Positions 1 through 10,777 of a stretch of 20,711 nucleotides of DNA are shown here, one piece after another (position 1 is the first letter of the stretch; each line of letters starts with the position of its first letter). This stretch comes from Tubiluchus corallicola. Taxonomy: Eukaryota > Animalia > Priapulida. The notes below the pieces were generated by a model that was not told where the DNA came from, did no database searches, and saw nothing but the letters and a program-made list of their open reading frames with translations. Position numbers and translations under genes: made by a program. Location: positions 1-20,711 of the forward strand of contig JAQGDQ010001930.1 in the NCBI GenBank assembly GCA_030141605.1. The letters run 5' to 3'.

Positions 1-310
1 GCCTAAAAGTCATGCCTGAAATTCGAATAGAATGTTACAAACGTTCACCAATGCCTGTTGTAATTAGAGCCAGAAATAGTAATCGGGAATCTCTTTCTAA
101 GTTTATTCTCTCATTTGGTTTTAAACTGTTTCACTGACTTTGTGACGTCATTTCTCCAAACTTTTACCTTGTAATCCAATGTCTCTGATGTGTTTTTGAC
201 TCTCTTTTTTCTATTTTTATCGTATTCACACCTTGTATTCACTTTTACTACCATGGTGTGATTTTTTAATAAAACCATTTAATTATTTATTTGTTTATTT
301 ATTTATTATT
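1..310 (+). mobile_element. 3' end of a decayed non-LTR retrotransposon (CR1/L2-group LINE)
   Basis: The frame from 3 reads LKVMPEIRIECYKRSPMPVVIRARNS (stop 135-137), resembling the LINE ORF2 tail motif RT(E)RYKxS(F/P)IPxxIRxxN. It is followed by a T-rich UTR, AATAAA near 268 and a (TTTA)n tail to about 310. Family assignment is from recalled motif only. Confidence 0.45.
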
Positions 311-462
311 CGAACACTGCTCATGAACTGGCTTCATCTCCCACACATTCTCTAGCTGTTTTCTTCATTTTTGAGAATGTGTGTAACGTACACAAATGAA
401 AATATGACACCTTTCTATATTTAGTGTGTCACCTTAGTTGATTATCCTTGAGGGTGAAATAC

Positions 463-990
463 GATTGTAGATCTATGGTACGGTCTGACAACAAGTTTTG
501 ATAAATTAAATGAAATACTGCTGCCTGAAAACCTTAATATAGCTGTCTTAGGAAATAATGATCTGTTGAAGTTGTTATTATTCGGAAAAGATGAATTTAA
601 TTATGTTGCTATCTGTAAAATATTCCAATGCATACATGACTTTATATTACGTACTAAACGCTTCCAGTAGTTTCTATCTCATATGAAATGCATCAGTCTT
701 AAATAATCGTACATTAATATTTTCTAACCGTCATTTTCTACTAATGTCTAATGTAATCTTGTAGTAAAACTTGTCAGCTTGTGTAGTTATAGTCTATTCT
801 TACTGTAAATGTTACTAATGTCTAATGTAATCTTGTGGTAAAACTTGTCAGCTTGTGTAAGTTATAGTCTATTCTTACTGTAAATGTTCTTGTAAATAGT
901 GTATAAAGTCTGTTGTGGTGAGGATCCTAAATCATGTTGTTCAAACTGTCTGATCCAGTCCTATAATAAATTATGTTCAAACTAAACTAA
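463..990 (+). mobile_element. 5'-truncated LINE remnant (ORF2 C-terminus plus 3' UTR; CR1/L2-group-like)
   Basis: 497-670 reads FDKLNEILLPENLNIAVLGNNDLLKLLLFGKDEFNYVAICKIFQCIHDFILRTKRFQ*, matching the LLxG...IF...FI..TKRF terminus common in invertebrate LINE ORF2. It ends with AATAAA (about 965) and an AAACT-type tail. Confidence 0.7.
739..888. repeat. Direct tandem duplication of about 74 bp in the LINE 3' UTR
   Basis: TACTAATGTCTAATGTAATCTTGT...TACTGTAAATGT starts at 739 and again at 813, with one substitution and a 1-bp indel seen. Confidence 0.92.
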
Positions 991-1113
991 CAAACATCCA
1001 TGCAGCTTGCGTCTATGATACCTCAAGACGTTCAGCGTCTGGAGTATGGCTTCCAGCTTCAGCGTCTAGTGTTCACTTTGTAGTAAGCTAACATCAAAGC
1101 GCCCCTATTAATA

Positions 1114-1478
1114 CGCCTTTTCATGTTCGGCGCATGCGCAGCGCTGCAGGTCAACGGTTAAGTGTACCCCAGCAACGAGTCTTAAGTACAACCGGCACGC
1201 GACACGTGGTGTAAAGCAAAGCCGTCTGCCGCATCAGTTCAGTAACTTCAGTTGTTTTACATGGCGTTTACTTAATTATGCACTAGTCTATGCGTAGAGT
1301 GATTTACTAGCAGGATCTTGCTTGGGAACAAGAAAAAATAAACTAGGTAAGATTACTGTTACTATTACAATAGCATGGTCTGCGAGACGTTGTCAAGTGC
1401 ACACAAATGCGTTGTCTGATGCACTTAACCTTTGACCTTTTCATGATCAGCATCAATCGCTGGAACTGTGAACAATCA
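1114..1478. mobile_element. Foldback MITE family B, most complete copy
   Basis: Homologous to 9395-9684 and 16725-17036. 1407-1438 (ATGCGTTG...CACTTAACCTTTGACCT) is the reverse complement of the left arm AGGTCAAAGGTTAAGTG...CAACGCAT. AACTGTGAA (1464-1472) mirrors TTCACAGTT at the family's left end. Confidence 0.7.
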
Positions 1479-1730
1479 TATTCTTGATGACAAGAATAGT
1501 AACAATGAATGTAAAAACCCGCGATTAAAAACAATGATTCCTTTACCAGTCAATGACGGCTTGCGAATTGCTGTACGAATAAGTAACATAAAAAAGAAAG
1601 CATTTTAAACATAAATTTGATTTGTCCATTTTATTTTTTTTGGCGAAAAACACATAATTGGCCGCCAGACGTTTTGATGTTCACTTGCTATCCAGTGAAC
1701 GCTAGACGCTTTGGTGAAACAAAGGCTTTA

Positions 1731-2156
1731 AAGAGAAAATTGAAGTAGAGTGCTACTGTAAGATATTCAGTATGTTTTACTAATACTAGGTAAGTTATAA
1801 GATAAAAATTCAAAGTTCAAATTTAACGCTGTACTCGCGCATGAGCTGTCGAATGTGTGTTGTTCGTGACAACCTAACACATCTGAACTGGGAGGTTCAG
1901 ATGTGTTATTGTGTTATTATTACACAAAAAACAGTACCTGTTTTTTGTGTAACGCGTTTCCCAAATGCAAGCGCCAGTGCCGTTTATTTAACGAATAGCG
2001 AAATGCATGTAACAGCGAAGAACTAGTGACACGAACGTGAAATTGTGTTTGCGTGGTAATGATTCTTTCACGTAAGTCATTCTTGAAAAAAATAGTATGT
2101 TTCCTTTCAATATTTTAAAGAATAGGTTGTTTTGGCCTACAGTTTAAGATTGGGGC
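1731..2156 (+). mobile_element. Kolobok-like MITE family A, 5'-truncated copy
   Basis: Aligns by eye with the 3' two-thirds of 3587-4181 and 7832-8405 (GAAGTAxAGTGCTACTGTA, CATGAGCTGTCGAA, AATAGTATGTTTCC, CAGTTTAAGATTG). Confidence 0.75.
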
Positions 2157-2622
2157 CATGGATAGATAGCCCGCTCAGCGGTGGGTGTCATAGGCATATT
2201 TAGAATTCGTGAGAGGGCCACGGCGTCCCGTGACGGGCGTTTTCCCGGACCCAACTTCCAATTTTTTCAAAATTTTGACCAAACAGCGTGCAGAAAAAAC
2301 GTACTAGCGGCGCTTAGTGTGACTCTCGGAAGGAGATATATGGCTCTTTAGAAAGAGGAAGAACAGGGCTACACGATGATGTATATTTTAGTACACGTCC
2401 ACCAAGAGGATTGACGATGAGTTAATTAGATGTTCTATTTTTGGCAATTTTCGCTTGGAAAACTGCTGACGCAAAGCCATCGTTCTGACGTCATCCGTTA
2501 TACTCTGCTTATAACTTTAATTCAGTAAAAGCTGCTGATCGCTTTGCATTGTAAATGAGGACTATGTAGGATGTTCGCGTATTTTTGATTATAAGTGTAC
2601 TTATACGCAAAATTTTTTTGCT

Positions 2623-2730
2623 AGTGTGGTAATAATTCTTTTATGTAAGCCATTCTTTAAAAATAGTATGTTTCCTTTCAATATTTTAAAGAGCAGGTTG
2701 TTTTGATCTACACAGTTTAACAGCTTTGCT
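2623..2730 (+). mobile_element. Family A 3'-terminal fragment ending at TTAA (2731-2734)
   Basis: GTGTGGTAATAATTCTT...AATAGTATGTTTCCTTTCAATATTTTAAAGA...CAGTTTAA repeats about 2051-2147. Confidence 0.7.
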
Positions 2731-2874
2731 TTAATAGGCCTCGTCACCTCAATCTTGCTTGAAGAGTTGAACTGCATAAAAGAAACCCTGCAACATCTTA
2801 TTGATGTTTTAACATTTACAGTTTTATAACGATCAGAAAACGTTAATTTTGCAGAACATCATTACAGTAATAAT

Positions 2875-3355
2875 CAGTGGCGGCTCGTGTGTAGGTACCG
2901 TGGAACTGCAACACCCCCTATTTTCACTCAATATTATCGATAATATTCAATATAATGATTTTTTTCTTTAGTTCCTTCTTTATACTTGAACGGAACCAAA
3001 GCACGTGAGGGTAGCACTGTCTGAGATAACACGATGCAGGATACACTGCTAGCGTCTGCTGCTACGTAGAAAAAGTGCTGTCGCTCACACGGTTTCTTGC
3101 CAGTTACCACGTGTTTACCGTTAATGGATCAATCTTGAAATGCGGCAATTTAGGCTATTAGTAAGCAAAAAACATTTTATTGTTTAGGATTTTATCAAGT
3201 TTATGTATAAACTTGCGTATGTTTGTTTAAAATTGCAATTACAAATTACAACATTAAAATTACATATGTTTTTTTCGTTTTACACGGTATTAAAAGAATG
3301 GCTAAATTTTTTTTGAAGTAGCACCTCCAGTAATTTTAGATACGAGCCGCCACTG
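2875..3355. mobile_element. hAT-like non-autonomous element (MITE), 481 bp
   Basis: Perfect 14-bp TIRs: CAGTGGCGGCTCGT (2875-2888) and ACGAGCCGCCACTG (3342-3355). The flanking 8-mers GTAATAAT and TTAACAAT match at 6/8, consistent with a decayed 8-bp TSD. CAG termini plus an 8-bp TSD are typical of hAT elements. Confidence 0.8.
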
Positions 3356-3373
3356 TTAACAATGAGTATAACG

Positions 3374-3409
3374 TTAGGGTTAGGGTTAGAGTTAGGGTTA
3401 GGGCTAGGG
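3374..3409 (+). repeat. Short interstitial (TTAGGG)n-like tract, 6 units
   Basis: TTAGGG TTAGGG TTAGAG TTAGGG TTAGGG CTAGGG. Confidence 0.85.
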
Positions 3410-3586
3410 TTAATTTTAGCTGGAAAAGTATGTTTATGACTTTAATAAATGAAATAACAAACGCCAATGTGACACCTTTTATTCTAATGCTAATGTTACG
3501 GCAACATCTTTTTGTTATTTGCAAGTCCAGCCTTAATAAGGTTACGGCAATGACAAAATTTAAAATTTGCTGCTTACATCGTTTAA

Positions 3587-4181
3587 AGGAAAACAGAATG
3601 ATCTTTCATATCACATTCGGTCTTGAAGGACGATAAAAAGTATGTATTCTAACACAATTAATACTGCAAAAGTGTTTCTGATAATTAAATGATAGATTAA
3701 AAACTTAATTAACGGTGGACGAGCCCAACCAGTAATGACATCACAAACTAACGTAATTTTCAGCTTCAAAAATATTCCAAGTGCGTGTTGCACGTGTTTG
3801 TGAAAGCGAAAATAGAAGTACAGTGCTACTGTACAACGTTTGGTGTAATATACAAAAAACTCGGCAAATTTGAGATTCAAATATCAAGCTTACGTGCTGT
3901 GCTCACGCACGAGCTCTTGAACGTGTGTACTACATCACAAATGAACACTTCTGAACTGAGAGGTACAGCATCTGTTTTTTGTGCAACGGATTTCCGAGAT
4001 ACAGGCGCTAGTGCCCGTCTAACTAGCGAATGATGAAATGCAAAGAACTAGCCGCGGAAACGCGAAATTGCTTTTGTGTGATAATAGTTCTTTCACGTAC
4101 TTGAAAAAATAATGTTCTTTTTCAATGTTTTGTGGGCTAGATTGTTTTGTGCTATAGATAAAGATATGGTAGAGTTTTCCT
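3587..4181 (+). mobile_element. Kolobok-like MITE family A, full-length diverged copy
   Basis: TTAA (3583-3586) + AGGAAAAC ... GTTTTCCT + TTTA (4182-4185) gives an 8-bp TIR, RR..YY termini and a TTAA-like TSD. Homologous along its length to 7832-8405. Confidence 0.72.
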
Positions 4182-4377
4182 TTTATTTATTAGAATAACA
4201 AGACGGGAGACGTAATTAGAGAGGAAAACATGCTAATAATAATAAATGGCTTGTCATAAAAACAATTATGCAGCCTAACGAGGCTGTAAAGTCGTAGAAA
4301 AAACGTTACCGACTCAGCAAACCAAAAAGCTATGAAAGAAGAGTTGCCTGTATGCCCTAAGCCGGTTGTCGTTGCCG

Positions 4378-4452
4378 CCATTGTCACCACTATCATCATC
4401 GTCATCGTCGTCATCATCATCATCATAATCAACATCATCATCATCATCGTCG

Positions 4453-4525
<73 letters not shown>

Positions 4526-4587
4526 TATCACCACCATCATTATCTTTGTCATCATCGTCATCATAATCCACATCTTCGTCGTCGTCG

Positions 4588-4659
<72 letters not shown>

Positions 4660-4887
4660 CCACCATCATTATCTTTGTCATCATCGTCATCATAATCCTC
4701 ATCTTCGTCGTCGTCATCATCATCATCATCATCATCACCTTGTCCTTCTTCATCATCTTAATCGTCACCATCATCTTCATCGCCACCATCGCCGTCGTTA
4801 TCATCATCATCATCATCATCATTATTATCACCACCATCATTATCTTTGTCATCATCATCATCATAATCCACATCTTCGTCGTCGTCG

Positions 4888-4921
<34 letters not shown>

Positions 4922-5289
4922 TATCACCACCATCATTATCTTTGTCATCATCGTCATCATAATCCTCATCTTCGTCGTCGTCATCATCATCATCATCATC
5001 ATCACCTTGTCCTTCTTCATCATCTTAATCGTCACCTTCATCTTCATTATCGTCATCATCATCATCATCATCGTCGTCGTCAACGTCATGGACGTCGTCA
5101 TCATCATTATCATCACCATCACCTTGTCCTTCTTCATCATCTTAATCGTCACCATAATCTTCATTATCGTCATCATCATCATCATCATCGTCGTCGTCGT
5201 CGTCGTCGTCATCATCATGATCATCATCATCGTCATCGCCACCATCGCCGTCGTTATCATCATCATCGTCGTCGTCGTCATCATCATCT

Positions 5290-5322
<33 letters not shown>

Positions 5323-5325
5323 GCA
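4378..5325. repeat. Long compound (ATC/GTC)n microsatellite with internally duplicated variant blocks
   Basis: About 950 bp of ATC-based triplets. The block ACCACCATCATTATCTTTGTCATCATC occurs 4 times and ACCTTGTCCTTCTTCATCATCTTAATCGTCACC 3 times. Confidence 0.97.
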
Positions 5326-5449
5326 TAAGTTTATTCTATGGAGGGAGATGGCTGAGTGTGAAAACGTTACAATGTACAAGCGAATGCTTTTTGTAATTTT
5401 GCACGAATTTGTGTTACTAAGATGCTTTACACTCGTTTTTCTTTTGCAG

Positions 5450-5593
5450 TTCATTAGCAAACTGTCGTGTGGAGACAATTTCGCCAAGAGCTTTTCACGG
5501 TCTTTCGAACTTGATCAATCTATTTCTGGACAACAATCGATTACTGAGTATTCCGTCCGAATCTCTTTTACCTCTTCGCAGTTTGCAAGTATT
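5450..5593 (+). CDS. Internal coding exon (144 bp, phase 2-2) encoding two extracellular LRRs; LGR type-B/bursicon-receptor-like ectodomain
   Basis: Polypyrimidine acceptor TTTTTCTTTTGCAG| and donor |GTAAGT. Translation (L)SLANCRVETISPRAFHGLSNLINLFLDNNRLLSIPSESLLPLRSLQV(L) fits LxLxxN/CxIxxIxxxAFxGLxxLxxL twice. 144 = 2x72, with the split Leu codon typical of LRR exons. The LRR call is strong; the family assignment is recalled similarity only. Confidence 0.9.
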
Positions 5594-5854
5594 GTAAGTT
5601 CATGTGGTTTCATGCATGTATAGGTGTGGGTTTGATTGTCGATAAGATTAAATTTTGCAAGATTTCTTTTGTCACGTATATCGGGTGGTTCGAAAATGTG
5701 CCGAAGTTTTGATCACGATGTTATATGGAGAAAATAACAGTGAAAATGACTGCAGATGTGAATGAGCCTTTACACGTGCTACTTATGGAGTAAAACTACT
5801 GTTCTTTCCTATTGTTCTTGCCTTCAGTTTGGTATTCTGCTATTGCAAAGTTAA

Positions 5855-7339
5855 AGGAAAGGTCAAGTCTTCTGGGAAGTTAGGCTTATTTCAATGTTCG
5901 CGAGAAATGTTAGAAGGATTTAGTAACAAAACTGCAATAAGCGCCTCATGTAATTAGTAAAATCACTTTAAAGTCGCGATCACTTCATGCTTGGACGCTC
6001 CCATTTTCAATGCCCATTCATGTTCCAATGACGTCATTCGTCTTGAAGAAAAGTAGCGCACTGTCAACCTTCGTGAAAGCATAACTAGTTTTTACAAAAC
6101 ATTTGACAGTTAATTGTGTAATATTTTTGTGTGAACCTTAGGTAAACTGCAAAAGTTTGAATTACTTTAAGCAGCACGCGTTTACGGAAAGCTACGATGC
6201 GCTTACGAAAAGTCACGAAGGCTCCCAGTTGCGCCATAATATTCAATAACATTTGTAGATGTTACCAGTTTTGTTCTTTGTATGTGTGCATAAATGTGAT
6301 TTTTTTTGTTTTGCTTTGCAAAGTTAGAATTTTGTGAGTGTTTATATTAAGCGGAAAGTAATTAATGATTGTAGATTTCAAAGTAGATTTATTATAGACG
6401 CTATTGCTTTCATCAGTTCTCCGACTGTTTGTACACAAAAATTTTATGTATTTTGTACAGTACAGTTTGTGTACACTAATTACAATAAAGACTATTATTA
6501 TTATTATTATTTTTATTATATAAGTGAACGGCAGCAACCACCACGCTTGAAAATTTCTATCCAGAAGAAAGTATATTTTAAATTTATGTTTTACAGAGTT
6601 TTTTTTGCAAATTTCTTTGTTGTATTTTTCTGAGTTTAAAGCACAATAAAACCAAGTCCAAGTTTAAACATAAAGCTTAAAAAATTCGTTTTGAAATTTT
6701 ATATCACTTACGTACTGCCTTTTTGCGTGCAGGACTTCAATCGGCAGTTAACGCTGTATAAAACATGTAAATTTAAACTCCCGTGATGACCGTTAGACGC
6801 AGCCATTTTCACGACAGGTCATTTGAAACAAGTTTAGATAACATTGTGTAAAGTTTGAAAAAATAATCAGAGTATTCGTAGCGCACATGTCACTAACTAA
6901 ATAAAATTTAAAATTACTGTATCTTGTCAATAAGAGGGCGAGTCAGCGACATTTTACCAATTGGTGAAAACATTTTAAATAATGAATAATTTTCTTTTCT
7001 AGTTACATAAGTCTTTCTAGTAGGTAAGCGAAAATCTAAGTAATATAGGTTTCCACGGAAAGTTTTTTGAGACATAATTTAACATTGCCTTTTCTTCCCT
7101 TGATTTACGTTTGGTTTCATGACGTCATGTAATGGCGACTTCGGAACAGTATTGCAGGAGATTCAAAATGAAAACAAACGAAAATTCCTTACGGTGCGAG
7201 TACGATATACGCGTAAAATTGCTATAAAGTAATATAATTTTTTAAAGGCGATTTTTCTGAAACCTACTTCAGGTACCCCTTTTCTTGTCCTGTAAGTGGT
7301 AACAGTAAAATAAACATACTGACAGACTTGTTCTTTCCT
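5855..7339. mobile_element. Kolobok-like TIR element or composite of TTAA-targeting MITEs
   Basis: TTAA + AGGAAAGGTCAAGTC at the left; GACTTGTTCTTTCCT + TTAG at the right (13/15 inverted match). An internal TTAA junction at 6167-6170 suggests nested or abutting elements. No transposase ORF. Confidence 0.55.
6171..6250 (+). repeat. About 80-bp arm of an inverted repeat whose partner is 7755-7827; both arms abut TTAA
   Basis: Reverse complement GCGCAACTGGGAGCCTTCGTGACTTTTCGTAAGCGCATCGTAGCTTTCCGTAAACGCGTGCTGCTTAA versus ACGCAACTGGTGGATTTCGTGAGTTTCCAAAGTGCATCGTGGCTTTCCGCAAGCGCTGCTTAA. Confidence 0.8.
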
Positions 7340-7754
7340 TTAGCCACAGGCTGTAGTTAAATGATGTTTTCATAATCTGAAGTAACATGTGGTACGATAT
7401 CTGTTTTCGAACGCAAATTTCAAATATAATGAGCAGTTATAACGACTTGTTAACGAGCAGGAGCAATGGATTCGTTGTACTAATTATTTAGTTTAACGAC
7501 TCTTTAAATTATTCTTATTCGTACGTTAGGCTGCAGATATCATAAACCAGCATCGTAAACCACCTTTACTAATTGGTAACATTAAACCTTTGAGGTAAGG
7601 ACAACTCACTTAGTAAGTTGGATTTATTTTACTGTTATCACTTAAACATAGAAAAATACAACAGAGAAATTTGCACAGAGCAGTCTGTAAAGCATAAATT
7701 TAAAATATTCTACCTCTGAATAGAAATTTTCAGGCCCGGTGGTAGCCGCCATTC

Positions 7755-7827
7755 ACTTGAAAATCGTGACGCAACTGGTGGATTTCGTGAGTTTCCAAAG
7801 TGCATCGTGGCTTTCCGCAAGCGCTGC
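7755..7827 (-). repeat. Inverted partner of 6171-6250 (transposon terminus)
   Basis: See the 6171-6250 alignment. It ends at TTAA 7828-7831, which is shared with the start of the next family A copy. Confidence 0.8.
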
Positions 7828-7831
7828 TTAA

Positions 7832-8405
7832 AGGAAGACAGGATGATTTTTCTCATACTGCCCCATTTTGAAGTCCGATGATAAGTTTACACTTTAACAC
7901 AATTAACACTGCAAAAGCATTTCTAATAATTAAATAATAGACTGAAATCTTAATTAACGGCGTACGAGCCCAACTATTGATGACGTCACAAACTAACATA
8001 ATTTTCAACAGCAAAATATTCCACGAGGGTGTTGTACGTGTTTGCGAAAGCGAAAATAGAAGTACAGTGCTACTGTAAGATATTCAGTGTGTTGTGCTAA
8101 AACTAGGCAAGTTTTAAGATAAAAATTCTAATTTCAAATTTACTGCTGTGCTCATGCATGAGCTGTCGAACGTGTGTAGTTCGTCACAAACTAACACATC
8201 TGACACACGTTTTCGAAATGTAGGCGCTAGTACCCGTCTAACTAAGAGTGCCAAAATGCATGTAACAGCGAAGAACATGAAATTGTGTTTGTGTGGTAAC
8301 AATTCTTTCACGTAAGCTATTTTTGAAAAAATAGTATGTTTCCATTCAAATTTTTATAGAGTAGATTGTTTTGACCTGCAGTTTAAGATTGTGTCCGCTT
8401 TTGCT
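7832..8405 (+). mobile_element. Kolobok-like MITE family A, full-length copy
   Basis: Starts TTAA + AGGAAGACAGGATG, is collinear with 3587-4181, and has a degenerate right end CCGCTTTTGCT + TTCA. Confidence 0.75.
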
Positions 8406-9394
8406 TTCAATTAATTCAATTATTGAAATAATCTTATCTTCTCATCTAATCTTATCTTGACTTTTCCTGTGAGTGTTGAGTTCGGTGCCACCAGCGAAAA
8501 AACCTTTTTATCGATTGAATTTCACCGGAAGCGGATATCATGGCTCACGTTTTTAATGTCAACCGGTGACTGATACCAGCGAATTTGAGAAGCTGGAATC
8601 ATATAACTACATGTGCAGTTTCATCTTCTAATTGCTAGTCCGTATTATCAACCGTTGAGCACTATGTGCATTATGAAGCGTACTAATTTGCAGTTGAAAG
8701 AAGCCATCTACGAAAGTAAGCCGTTATGTCTTAAAGCTCGAGCAGGCCCTAATGAATTGAAGCCTTAAGCTGGAGTAAACCACACAGGAGCCTAAAAACG
8801 CTTTGCTAAGAGCTACTCTTCACCAAAGACGCATTGATGCTTCATTAGCATCAAGAACTATAAATGCACGGGCGTATTGACCAATAGGCTAGCTATGCTA
8901 TAGCCTAGGGTGCCAAAGTTTGAGGCTAGCCACATTTTAGGCGTCCAGTTAAAAAAAATACCTATTCTCCTCGGAACAAGTCCTAAAAATGCACCATAAC
9001 CATTAAGATTTTTAAGAAGAATTCAAAATTCCGAATCACTTATTACACCAAAACTGTTGTATTTTATCAATGACTTAAATGTTGATTTAAGAACTAAATT
9101 TTATACAGGTTTACTGGTAACGCAAGCTCTGTGTGCAATAAGCCAGCATGTAGGTGATTTCAGACGAATTTTTTAAAGTTTATTTATGTTTAGTGTTTTC
9201 CTGTGGTTTAATATTTAGTGAAAGATTTGGTCCCAATTCTGTGTCTACAGCAGAACTCTGCTGCATGTTTTGTAATTTGCAAGCCTTACTATCTTGATAT
9301 TTAAACAGATGTAGCCTAAAATTCGATTTCCAAAGTAGGATTAGAAAGGATTCGATTTAAAAAACTGTATCTGCTGTTAAGTCTTGTTTCAACA

Positions 9395-9684
9395 AGCCTT
9401 TTCATAGTTTCGTTATACGCACGCGCATTTGTTGCAGGTCAAAGGTTAAGTATAGCACGGCAACGCATCTTAACTACAACCATCACGTGACGTGTGTGCA
9501 AAGCAAAGCCGTCTGCCACGTTCAATTCAGTAACTTCAGTTGTTTCACATGGCCTTTACTTAATTATGCATTAGTCTGTCCGTAGAGTGATTTACTAGCA
9601 GGCTTTTGCTTGGGAATAAGGAAAATGAACTAGGTAAGGTTCTAGCTAGCTGTTAAAATGTTACTATTACAACAGCATGGGCTG
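9395..9684 (+). mobile_element. MITE family B, 3'-truncated copy
   Basis: AGCCTTTTCA...AGGTCAAAGGTTAAGT...TTACTTAATTATGCA...GTAGAGTGATTTACTA...TGTTACTATTACAA is shared with the copies at 1114 and 16725. Confidence 0.85.
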
Positions 9685-9924
9685 TGTTTTCTTCCACCTC
9701 AAGCTCTTCATCCAAGGGGTAGACCCCGGAGCCTGGGGATCACAGGACAGCTAGTACAGTGCACAGAGCTCGAGGGCCCGTTTCTTCAGCATAAACTCGT
9801 CCAGGCATCTTTGCCTGACCAAGCGCAAAATGCGAACCTATTAACTTATGGAAATTTAAAGCTGCTACTAATTTTAGGAACGGGAGTGCTGACAGTTTTC
9901 ACAATCGCAGAATGAAACTGTAAA

Positions 9925-10100
9925 CACTGACACAAGAATGAACAGAAGACAGTGTACGTTGAAAAATGGCTGAAAATATTAATATGGGGACACAGTTCGG
10001 TCTGCAAAGCGGCAACAAATACATGGAATGCTTGCCCACTTAATGGAAAAAATCTGCAGTGACTTTAAAAAATTTCAAAAATGAACTGAAAATTACTGTA
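9925..10100 (+). mobile_element. Decayed LINE (CR1/L2-type) ORF2 C-terminal fragment
   Basis: AATNTWNACP (W at 10024), then with a frameshift KSAVTLKNFKNELK, matching the WNxLP...xxSLxxFKxxLK tail motif. Confidence 0.55.
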
Positions 10101-10550
10101 CCAGCCTTGAAAAAAACTAATATGAAAAGATCAAACCACGCCTTATGTATTATCAACGTTCATCCAGTAGTCTGCTGTCAGTGGCAGATCAAAACCTGTC
10201 GTACATGTACATAACATCAACATATTAAAACCCACTACCCACAAAAAACTCAAGTCACCAACACAAAACATCAATAAAGCACCCAATTTCGATTTTATAC
10301 GTTTAGTATTTCACATAAAACTATTTTGTAGATATTGTAAATGTGTTAAATCTTATGAACAGTGTGAAATGAAATGTAAAATTTTAAAATTATGTATTTT
10401 CATCCTCGCTTGTGTTTCCTATTGTAAGTCTGTTTTATTGTATAACACTATTGCTTACAGCAGATATTGTATATTACTATTGCGACACTATCAGTTTATG
10501 AATGTGTAGTTTATCGTTCAATGATGTGTAATTTTTATAGCAATAGAGAA

Positions 10551-10777
<227 letters not shown>

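Larger units (their letters stand above)
5211..7491 (+). repeat. Segmental duplication, copy 1 (partner 18422-20711)
   Basis: Near-identical to 18422-20711, offset 13220-13221 outside the microsatellite. The ORF track has identical protein pairs (5348/18568, 6262/19483, 6334/19555). Confidence 0.97.

Noticed and set aside
4530-4571. FLAG/enterokinase-like DYDDDDDK peptide (vector contamination)
   Set aside because: It is not DYKDDDDK; it arises from repeat variants and there is no vector context.
4190-5396. 378-aa poly-Met and 354-aa poly-Ile ORFs
   Set aside because: Translations of the (ATC)n microsatellite.
5348-5623. 91-aa ORF MAECENV... (also 18568-18843)
   Set aside because: It overlaps the real LRR exon in the wrong frame. 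The splice-site-bounded frame gives a clear LRR consensus.
6262-6633. Duplicated ORFs of 91 and 99 aa
   Set aside because: AT-rich transposon interior with no recognisable domain. Their identity reflects only the segmental duplication.
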